Assembly: GCA_020137815.1 (NCBI GenBank) | Contig: CM035353.1 | Location: 8,122,001 to 8,186,000 of the forward strand | Length of the DNA: 64,000 nt | Source: Hormiphora californensis | Lineage: Eukaryota > Animalia > Ctenophora | Direction: 5' to 3' | In this document: positions 14,101-26,100 of the stretch, one piece after another | Layout: the number at the start of each line of letters is the position of its first letter | How positions within the stretch are numbered: position 1 is the first letter of the stretch | Notes under the pieces: generated by a model | Told to the model about the DNA's origin: nothing | Databases searched by the model: none | The model's input: only the letters and a program-made list of their open reading frames with translations | Position numbers and translations under genes: made by a program

Positions 14101-17100
14101 ACCCATGCTAGAGACATCGCACGTCAAGTTAGTTCCTGTTTAGATCAACAATACCGTTACACTGCCAATCAATACGACAAGAACGCACATGGTCCCTATT
14201 TTGAGAAAGGAGATATGTGTATGCTCCTTGTTAATGCCCCTAACCATAAGTATTCCCATAAATGGACCGGCCCTCATGTAATTGTAAAGAAATTTAATGA
14301 TCACAATTATGTTGTCAATTACCACGGTGTAGATAAAGTAGTCAGCATCACTAAACTTAAACATTATCCCAACAGCAATAAATACTCCCTACATAATCCC
14401 TTGATTCAACCCAATTCCAAGGTACCTAACAGTGCACAAATCCCACAACATCCTTATAATGACGACCTTGCCCAGGATGTGTTTATTAGCAATTCTCCGT
14501 CTCGCAGTGGAACCTCTGGGAATCCTAGGGATGGTAATGTTGAGATTATTAGCCCTAACTCTAATAATAATATCGATCCTAATGAAAGTACTTGTAGTCA
14601 TACTCTACCTAATAATGATATCCCTGAATCTATCCCTAATATGCCTGAATCTATTGATTTGGTCGATGAATCTGGCGACCTTGATTCTTCTGTTCCTGAT
14701 AGAAGCGAACCTACTGAACACCTACCTCCCTGTTCTGACCTACCTCAATCTAGCGGCGTTCCTCACGAACATTACAATGAAACTGCTGAATATCTTGACA
14801 TTAATCCTGAAGAGGATACTTCTAGGATAATAACAGAACCTAATAATGATCCGTCAAACATCTCTGAGAGCCCCCCTAAAACAATTAATAATCCCTGTCC
14901 AGACCTACCTCAATCTAGCGGCGTTCCTGACGACCATGCTGATAAAGCTGATGATCATACTAACACTGATCCTGAACCTGATAATGATCCCGCAAACATC
15001 CCTGAAACTATCACAGAAACAATTAACCCTGATCCCGTTAAAACCCCAGAAAACCCCAAAACTTCCGAACCTCACGAGGAGGATACCCCTGGTGATTTCC
15101 ACACCCCTACCCAATCCCCAAGACAAAGATCCCTATCTACGGGCAGCCTCCCTAATACACCACAAGTTGTGGTTCAATCAAAAAGACCCAGACCTATCCC
15201 TACCCGTCCCAATCTCAGAAAGAATCCTAAACAAACCCAGTTGTTTCAGAGTTCCAGAACGGAGAAACCCAAAAGTTCCGATTCGGAAAAGCCCAAGGTA
15301 GCCACCAAATCTGCTACATCCAAGGATCAGAAACGAGCACCAGAGAGTAAAGCTGCTAGCAAGAAAATACCCAGACCTATTCCTGAAACTACGGAAACAA
15401 GTTCAATCAGTCTGAGGAATCGTGATATCCCTCGAGCTAAACCCAAGTAAGTTGCAGCACCTTTACTCCCCACAGGTTTTCAAACCTTTTCTCACTGACT
15501 ATTATTAAGTCATTTCTCTAGCGTATCCTTTATACTCACAGGTTATTCAAGCTATCCCTCTCTAGGGAAAGCTCGCGTGATATAATCACTCCACCTCATT
15601 TAAGTTGTATACAAATTATAAGTATTAGGATACTGCTTTCTCACCTAACTGTAATGTTAGAGATTGAACTATAAGTTGGAATACATTTATTTTCTGCACG
15701 GAGTTTGCAGACTTATCTCCGCAAGTCCTAGTTAGAGAACTAGGCACGGTGACATTGACAATTATACTAAGTGACTATCTCTTGGATTTTGGGAGATGAG
15801 AAAATCCAAGGAGATTCGTAAAAGTTCTCAGCATTTATTGCCCCTCCATTATATATTTAAGGAATTCACTCGAGAATTTTTCCATAACTTGTCGACGTCC
15901 CTTTACATGTCATCCTTCTAGGAGACCCGGAAATTATCATTTGAGATAAATGATATTTGTGACTATTAAATATTTACCGCAGAAGGAAATATTTAACATG
16001 CAGACTATTACTAATCGAATCATCCTTTATCAACCCTCAGTAAACTTGTCAAATATAGGTTTTTGACATATATCATGACATTTCAATTATCTCACTAAAT
16101 TCAACTTTTACCCTTTCATGACATATACTTTACAAACCTAACAATTTGCCAATTTTGCTTCACTACTTCAACTAATATGATTGTGACTATGTTACTCGTC
16201 GTAGGTTACCACCTACATTTTGCTACTTCGCTGAATTTTGCATATCCCAACATTGGTATTACTGCTGAATCCCTTGGTAAAGTAGCTATCTCCGATAAAC
16301 AAACCCTAATCTCTGTGTTCATCAAGCTCCCTGACATTAATGATGATCTTGATGAGATGATAACACGGGCTCTAGCAAACAAAAAATGTTACCGCACTTA
16401 CATCTCTAATTTTACCTCTGAACTTTCTAGCCTTCACGCTTCCCAGTTATACTGGAAGCAAAAGGCTGAAAAGTACCTCGCGACCCGAACTAACATTTTG
16501 TCTCCCTATATTGTAAACCTAGATTATCCCAATCGCCAATCCCGAAGTCTCCATCTTCTACCTAGCATCATGAACCTTGTTTTCAATGGCATTACTGAGT
16601 ACCAAATCATTAAACTTAAACAACATGTCAAATCCAACAAAGCCTCCCTTAATAAAGTCCGAGATACCATCTTAGCTCAAACTAAATCCCTTTCTATCAT
16701 TAAGAATGACATCATATCCCTCGTAAAATCTACCTTTAACAACCTCATTAATTATATTGATTCATCTTACTGTATTGTACAAGCTGATATTCTCATGCAA
16801 GAGATGGAAAGCATCTTTTGGAGAGATACCCACCTCATTGACAATGTTATAGGTCCTGCACTTGAAGGCAAGAGCAGGATTTCCCTCAATCCCTCAATAA
16901 TTAGCCCTGAACTATTAAATGAGATAATAGCAGATCACCCTGATTTATCAAAAACCATTTTCTATAAAAATCCTCATCTCTTATATTCAGTTGCCGACAT
17001 TTCTCTAATGGATGTTTCAAAAAACTTAACCTCTATTCATTTCGTCCTATTTATCCCGGTAATCTATGAATATGATCCCTTGTTTAGTCTCTATAAAATC

Positions 17101-20100
17101 CATCAACTAGGAAGCTTTGTCCCTACCTCTACAGACCAATGTCTCTTTTATGATCTGCCCAAAAACCTCATTATTCGTAATGACAGGGCATTAGCCAGTG
17201 CTAAGTGATTTTTTTCCCTCATCAGTCAAAAAAGTTACCCCTTAACATGAAAGTATGAACGATTTTCTATCACCTAGAAAAAACAGATCCAATTTTCCAT
17301 GTATGAGCTCCATGGGCCAGCCGATTCAAAAAGTTTGCCTCGACCCAAATTCGAACCGGATTTGGTCGAAAACTATCAAAAAAAAAGTGAGCGACACAAG
17401 TTTTGCCAGATTTTTGCGCTGCGCATCGACATTTTAAACGTACGCGGCGAAGTTTTTTATAAACAACGCCGCATTTCGAACGCGCATTCGCTTTTCTCTG
17501 AAACCAAAAAATTCGTACGAAATTTTCAGCAGAACAAGAAAAAGTTGTCGCTTTTCTTATTTTAAACAGGGAAAAGTGCTCAAATTTTATGGCGTTCCAA
17601 CTTCTTGGGAAAACTCAAGCAACATTTGTAGAATTTCCGATGGTAAATGCTCCACCCCCTAATGAGATAAAGCTTGACATCTTAAGGTTACGAATTACGA
17701 TAATAAATAAGGTTACGATGAACTTGACATGGTGATCTAAATAACTTCTTAAGTCTTTCACGTGAGGGGGTGGAGCAATGAACGTGGGAAATTTCACAAA
17801 ACCCATGTGAGACCTTTTGCTGTTATCCTTGTTTCGATATGACCACTGTAAAAGATGGGACTGCAGCGTATGCCCGTCTGGCATTGCCCGATTGATATCG
17901 CAGTTATAGCGAAGATTGTTTTATGAAGGAGTACTACTTTCGTTTCTTTGGTTCTAAATAGTTCATTTTACTCCAATCACAGTTCTTTTCTTTAGTTCTA
18001 ACCTTCCGACCCGTTTGTTCAAGGAATCGATGTGCTATCGTTCTACGAACAAAAGAATCGATAAATACAGTTCGCCAAAAATATCTTTCGTAGGTTTTGT
18101 CACTGACTTCGCTGAGCTCCATAGTACTGCTCAATAACGTGACAGTCATCGGTTGAAGTTATCACTTTTAAAACTAACGTTGAGCACAGAAAGTTTTCTG
18201 AAGGAGTACAACTTATTTTGCACAGACAAACGAGTAAATTGTAATTTCTTTGCCTTCGCCTTGCTCTATTATGTTGCTACTGCCTACTCTAGTCTCTACT
18301 TGCCTTGCTCGACCCTGTTTCAACCTTATAAATGTAAAGGAGATTTATAACATAACAAGTCTCTACCTTTGTCACATTGGCTGTTTTACCCAGTTGCCGA
18401 ATTCTGTTTTCGTGCAAAACCACGGTACCATTGCATAACAATTAATATCTCCCTAGATAGTACTATGCCAAAACAACCCAGTGCTAGAATTCCTGTGAGA
18501 GAGCATTTTCCACCTCACGACTCGATTCCTCCTGATCCAACCGCTGCAGATGCCATGTCTCTCTACCATCATCTTTATACCAGACAAGTGGGAAAGTTTA
18601 TCAACTATCAGCGAACTGCCCGATCGATTATTGAACAAACTAACTGCAATGTACATGAGAAATCCTTGACTAAGTAAGTAGTCACTGTTAAGAGGTCTGA
18701 GATTTGCCGTGAGTGTGACACTGTCACACTCACGGCAAATCTCAGACCTCTTAACAGTGACACTGTGACACTGTGACATTGTGACAGTAATTATATTTGC
18801 TAACACAGCTTCTATCCCCAGCGCAATTGGAAGATGGCACAAGAGGGCTGGTGTTTTAAGGGGACTGAAAGACGCAGATTCAGTTAGGGAGCTTAAAAAA
18901 GAATTCGACACCAAACTCTTTCAGTAAGTGGAAGTATTTAATCTCTGACAGTTCAAGCATCTCTCATGTGATGTGTTCTTCATGACTTTGGGGGAACACG
19001 CAGATTTTTTTCCATTACTCTGCTAAAACATTTTAGGAGAGGAAAGCCAGCTTTGCCTGGCTGTCTCGTCAGTTTCCAAACCCACATTTTTTACAAAAAA
19101 AGTGGAAATAATATTTTAACACTAAACGATAAATATCCTACCGACCGTTTCAGTAAAATATCCAAGAATTCAAATCCGAATGGGAATGTGGCGGATGGGG
19201 TGATAATGTGATGTGTTTGATCTCATACTTGATGTGGAGAGTGTTAACTGTTTGGTGTAGACAGCAAAAACAAGATAGTTACAACGTTTCGAATTTAAAT
19301 CCGAAACGTTGTAACACCAAACACTCTCCACTCAAGGATGAGATCGAACAAATCACAGGGTTCGATTCGATAAATAATGATTTGTATTGTATGTAATACA
19401 TACTCATTATCGAATGGAAATTTATGGGATGCGGCTTGGGGCTCTATGTCATCAAGGATATTGCACGGTTTGATTTGCATTTCATTGCACATCTCCATCG
19501 CTCACATTCGAGGTAAGTTGCAGCGAAACCACAATGTGTGTGTGTGTTTATCATCGTGCTAACGTGTTATCTGACAAGTGACATGACTAATTCATTCATT
19601 TAGTCATATTACACGACTAAATTCACGCTGCCAGCGTGAATACATATTTCCGCAATAATAATAAGTTGCATAATTCTTTTTTGTTTTGACATAAGATACG
19701 ATCGCGATATTACCAGAGTAAATTTTACAGGATGGATATTGTGATTACAGCGCAAGTTTCTAACAATGACGAAGAAAACATCGGACCGGTTATGGCGGAC
19801 AGCGAACCTCAGGATTTCCAAACAGATGTCCAATCGAACCATGAAACAAGGTAATGTAATTGTCTTATGACTATTCTAAACTGAAATTTACCCTTTGCAT
19901 TTCAAGTGCTTCCTCTCATCGTTATCGTGGATATCACATCTCCTGGGCGGTTTCTTCTTCTTCTCCTGGTTTCCTGGGCTGTACTGAACTACTTTCTTTC
20001 TCCTCAGACTTTTCAAATCTAGAGAAAAGTTCATTCCCTGTCCCCCGGTCTCAATGCTAACAGTAAGATAAGAATTATTCTTACCATATAATTATTTTCA

Positions 20101-23100
20101 GTGTGGATTTTGGGTGCCAAACAGATGATTTGGTCATGGATTTCACTAGCTGCCATTGCCCGAAAGTTGTTGCATGTTCAAGGTGATATACTATTCTAAA
20201 AAATTCTACAATATTGTGCACTTTCAGTTCAAAAATTCCAAACCTAACACCTCCTCTTTTTACTACGCAGAGATGAGTCTGGAAGACCGAAGCGAGTAAT
20301 TGACCCTCCGGTGTACAGCATTTCTTCTGATGGTAATGAGTCTGAGGTAAGCCGTAAGAATAAGATCAAAATTGGCTACTTGTCTTTTTCATTTTGCAAG
20401 TGAGGGCTTAGATTTTTATTACCTTTTCCTCCTTTCAGGCGTCACATCAAAAGCGATCCTATAATACTGACGATCTCAGTGATGTTGCTTCCGCGATGTT
20501 AAGGTACCAGTATGGCTACCGTAGTCTTGGGGACACGCTAACGAGAAATAACATGTCCCACGGTTATGAGTCTGAGGTGAAATCCTCTAAACTGCGGTCC
20601 GAAGCTCAGCGCTTACTGAGGGACAAATTGAAGGAGCTGGAGGGATTTTCGCCAACCGGTAAGTGCAATCTACTACTTCTATATACAGTGTATGGCAGAT
20701 TCTAGCAAAGTGTTTTTTCAATCAAGTTTTATAAAAATTATTGGCCGAGATCTGCCACCTGCATGGTGTCAATTATACCCAAGTAAATGCTCAATAAGGA
20801 CACTTTCCCGACCTCTGAAAACAAAAACATTTCACTTGATTGAAAAAACAGTTGGCCGGAATAGACCTCCCTCCTATCCCTATGAGAAGATCTTTTGGAT
20901 GTTTGACGGAGTCTCTCACATCTCCAAAAGATCTCCTGGGGACGTCCCCCGGAGTCCTCACAGTTAAGGTGCTCTTACCGAGGTCCGAGACTTCATGCTC
21001 GTATATAACGTCTCGGGCGGATCATCTATAAAAATCCCCACGTTGTATCCCCCAGATTGTCTCAAAAAATTTACCTAGTAAAATTACTTTTATTTCTACT
21101 AACACAAACACATTTTAGTACTGTCCTGGGACGGGGGTGAAGATGAAGTGAAGGTCGAAAGAGGTACAGAGAAACGACACCATATTACTCTAGTAGCCCA
21201 TCCCCGGAAAAAACCACTCGGATTCTTCCATACCACAGACAAGTCCGGTAAGCGCTCGGGCGCTCGTTATTTTCGGCTAACGTAATACTAATCATGTAGC
21301 TACTAACAGTAGAATGACACAACTCACGAACAACTCTTTTTCAGCTGATGTGTTTATCAAGGGGCTTATAGATCACTTCAAGTTACTGAACATGAGCATT
21401 GACAGAATTACAGCAGTGGTATGCGACGGAGAAAACGGCAACACTGGTGGTAAGGTAGGTTGGAGAAATTAATCAGTTTGTTTTCTGTTTCTCCGTTTTT
21501 AACGTGTTGCGGCCACACTTGCACCTCCCGAGATCTCCCGGGGCCGTCCCCCAAAGATCTCCCAAAAAAGTAAAATTTCTTACCTACTGTTTTAATTGGA
21601 CAAAACTCGGTCGTTACCGACTAATTTGGAACCGCTGAACACGGTGCTGCCCACAAAAAAGCTCTCAAAAGTCAAGAACATGCTCAAAATTGATATTTTC
21701 GCACATAAACACAAAAATATCAATTTGGGGCATGTTCTTGACTTTTGAGAGCTTTTCTGTGTCCAAATTAGTCGGAAACAACCGAGATTTGTCTAATTTA
21801 AACCAAAGGTCCCCGGGACATCTCCGGAGGTGCAAGGGATGCCGTAACTAATAAGTAAGTGAGCCGGTGGTTAATTTTCTTTACTATTTTTGTGTGCAAT
21901 ATTAAGGATCAGTTGTCGAGTTTCTTCCTAGTTCAGATCATCCTTCAGTGACAGTAACAGTTATACTGCTATGTCTCTGTCGGATATGGGTTATTATTAT
22001 GTTTATTATAATATTACATGTTTTCACTTTTGGATATATATTGCACATGAAGAGAAGTAAATTCTTTGTGTCGTATAAATCATGTCGAAACTTTTCAGGA
22101 AGATCCCAACGGGGGTGGAATCTCAAAGTTTGAGAGATATGTTCAACGTCCTGTGCTGAGAGTTGTTTGCGTTCTCCACACCAATGAAATCTTCATGAAG
22201 GCACTTTTTGAATATCTAGATGGAGGTACTAAAGGTAAGAAACTGTTTTCCATGTCTAAGTTAATCTTAGTTGAGTGTAGATTAGGAACTAATCACGATA
22301 GAGCTCAATCGATCCGATAATGCCGAGAGCAGCAACAAATTGAAACAGATTTTATCCAAACAATTGTTCCGATGTTCAAATAAGTGATCAATTATTTGAT
22401 TAGAACAACTTTGCGTGTCAACTTGCATGTCTAGCTGAAACATGTACATTTAAATCAATTTAATTAAATATTTAAATAAATATGTAATGTATCAAACCAT
22501 GTTTCAATCCCAAATTATTCTTTCAGGCAACAAAGCTTTCAAAGGAACCCTTGGAAAACACATGACGGATGATGAGGTTCTGAAGGGAAAAGGGAAGTTT
22601 CAGCCCTACGGAAGTTATGACATAGATCTCGAAGGCATTCAGGAAAACGAGATCTCGAAGGATGCTCGGACACTGTACGAGCTGGCAATGGCTGTCATGG
22701 AAGGTAATTTTTTGCTACTTAGTATCGGTATTTCAGGCACTGTTAGAAAAGCCCTACCACTAACACATACACCAACAATACATTAACAAAACCACCAACA
22801 TTCAGGGCACCTCGATCGAGCGCTTTCAGAACGGAAACTGATAGAGATGAACACGGTCCGGTGGACCTCAACAGCGCAGAGGGCCCTCAGACTCTACATG
22901 TCCGGCCACCCCTCCTCCAAATCTGCGACATTGAAACTGCTTGTCCGCTACATCATTGATATCTATGTGCCGGTTAGTTATTTGTTTCAAATTTTTATTG
23001 TGACGTAAGGCGGGGGGCGGTGACGTTAACATTTTGTGTGTTACTGAGAGCTACCTGGATTTAAGATACTGATGATATTGTTTTACTATTTTCTTAAACG

Positions 23101-26100
23101 CCAAAATCTCTTTCTCAGATGCACATATCGATAAAAACAAGATGGAGAATGAATAACGGCCCAGCCTTGTTATTAGGCTTCATGAAGAGATGGACCAGCT
23201 TCTGCAGTATCAATAATGTTCCCGAGACACTCAAGGCGGTAATGGAGAAGAAGATCCAAGGGAACTCTTTCATGTTCCATCCGCATATGATGATGGCATG
23301 TGGAGGTATGTGTTTTAAAGTGGGAGTGGACAGAATCAGAATTGAAAAAGTTTGTTGGAGGTCGTAGAGATTAGTTCTACGAGCATTTTGCCTTTTGCCG
23401 CTCAAAATTGCATGTTTGAGCGCCTTACGTAAAACATCTCACCTTCCCTTTCCAGCCCTATCGCCAATTGCTACCCCCTTTCCCGTTCTGTAAACCTTCT
23501 ATAAAATATCTCAACTTCCCTTTCTAGCACTATCGCCAATTGCTACTCCCTTTCCCGTGCTGTAAACCTTCTATAAAACATCTCACCTTCCCTTTCCAGC
23601 CCTATCGCCAATTGATACCCCCTTTCCCGTTCTGTAAACCTTCTGTGAAACATCTCACCTTCCCTTTCCAGCCCTATCGCCAATTGCTACCCCCTTTCCC
23701 GTGCTGTAAACCTTCTATAAAACATCTCACCTTCCCTTTCTAGCACTATCGCCAATTGCTACTCCCTTTCCCGTGCTGTAAACCTTCTATAAAACATCTC
23801 ACCTTCCCTTTCCAGCCCTATCGCCAATTGCTAGCCCCTTTCCCGTGCTGTAAACCTTCTATAAAACATCTCACCTTCCCTTTCTAGCCCTATCGCCAAT
23901 TGCTACCCCCTTTCCCGTTCTGTAAACCTTCTATAAAATGTCTCAACTTCCCTTTCTAGCACTATCGCCAATTGCTACTCCCTTTCCCGTGCTGTAAACC
24001 TTCTATAAAACATCTCACCTTCCCTTTCCAGCCCTATCGCCGATTGCTACTCCCTTCCCGTGCTGTAAACCTTCTATAAAACATCTCACCTTCCCTTTCC
24101 AGCCCAATCGCCAATTGCTACTCCCTTTCCCGTGCTGTAAACCTTCTATAAAACATCTCACCTTCCCTTTCCAGCCCTATCGCCAATTGCTAGCCCCTTT
24201 CCCGTGCTGTAAACCTTCTATAAAACATCTCACCTTCCCTTTCTAGCCCTATCGCCAATTGCTACCCCCTTTCCCGTTCTGTAAACCTTCTATAAAATGT
24301 CTCAACTTCCCTTTCTAGCACTATCGCCAATTGCTACTCCCTTTCCCGTGCTGTAAACCTTCTATAAAACATCTCACCTTCCCTTTCCAGCCCTATCGCC
24401 GATTGCTACTCCCTTCCCGTGCTGTAAACCTTCTATAAAACATCTCACCTTCCCTTTCCAGCCCTATCGCCAATTGCTACCCCCTTTCCCGTGCTGTAAA
24501 CCTTCTATAAAACATCTCACCTTCCCTTTCCAGCCCTATCGCCAATTCTTCTTCTGTGAAACCTTTCGCGTTAATTAATTAATGCCTACAATCTCCAACA
24601 AACTTGTCCAATTCTGATTCTGTCCACTCTCAATTTGATTTACAGGGTGGTTCAGAAACATGGAGCCACTTGGATATAAAAGTTGGAAAAATACCATCCT
24701 AGATCTCTATTGTATGGATCCAAATTTCAACGCGTTACCCTGTCAGTCGACAGGCTGATAATTTTTAGGAAAGAGTGACTGTCGATCTCAATCCTCAGGG
24801 GACACTTTTTCTAGACTGTGAAAATACGTTTTTAATTACACTGTACATCGGAGAGCGAACTGTATTGACACATTAGTTATCTCAAAGTGGATCCATGTTT
24901 CTGTATTTAATAGCGAAGACATGATTTTTCGGATTTTAGTGGTTCTGTCGAATCAAAATGGCTTCTATAAATCACGTTTTTCAGTTCCATTCGAGGGAGG
25001 ATTTGCGGAGCCCCAGTTTAATGGTAGGTGGCACCTACCACTTGTCAACACCAAAGCTACCACCATCGAGGACGTCATTCAGACAACTGAAATTGACGTA
25101 AGTTTCAACAATAATACCCTAATATAACTTTTACACTTCCGGAGGCGTCCCAGGGCCAGCTGTGGGATTGTAATACAACACAAATGGGTCATCCCTCCCC
25201 CTTCTAATTCTATTATAATCCCCCGACTGCAACTGGGAAAGAGTTTTTGCTGGGCAATTTAAAATATATTTTCTTCAATATCAAATATTTACAGGGAGTG
25301 CTACACTACAAAGTGCAACCGCTAAAAGAGCTGAAGGGCAAGACATGGCAACCCGTCTCAACACCACCGGTGGGAAGCTGGGATGAAATCCCTTGCCACT
25401 CGCAAGCAACTGAGTTCCAAGTAGCACAAACCAGCCACGTCGTGGCTCACTACCGGGGCCACCTGAACCAAATTGGTATTGTCCTTGTCATTGACGAGGA
25501 CCGTGAACGATCAAGGAATAAGAGAAACTGAGTGAAAAGGACTGCCCCATAATATTTTGAGATTTTGAGTACATTTTGAGAACATTTGTAAAGCACATTT
25601 TGATTTGTCATCTCGTGAGAAACTGTAAAGCACATTTTAATTCTTGTAAGGATTTAATTTTTCTCGCGATTTTCTTGCGATATCTGAGATTGAGCTGTTT
25701 GAATTTGAAATGATTATAATTGATCAGGCACCCATTCATCATTTCTATAGTAACCTATCTGCACGTGCAAGTTCTTCCATTTACCATCATCCACTTTTTC
25801 GTTTTGTCTTCTCCCACACTTTCTTCAGCGATTCCTTCATCCATCAATAAACCCTTGTTCATCTCACATGGAAATGTCCCTCACGCCTCGTTTATACGTC
25901 ACTCATGTGGGATTAATACGGTAAGACAAGCTGTTTATGAAATGTAGGATCTTCGGAGAGAGATCTCGCAATTGAAATTCCCGCCCGAAATATATCCACA
26001 CTTGTCCCGGGGCCTCATGTCGCGCTGTCGCGAAGGCGCGTTTTATGTACAAAGGCCCATATTGTCAGCATTTGCTACATGCGCGCCGCACCTGACGTCA

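Noticed and set aside
23431-24560. Regular repeat array resembling CRISPR
   Set aside because: Units are contiguous and near-identical with no unique spacers; eukaryotic intron; no cas genes
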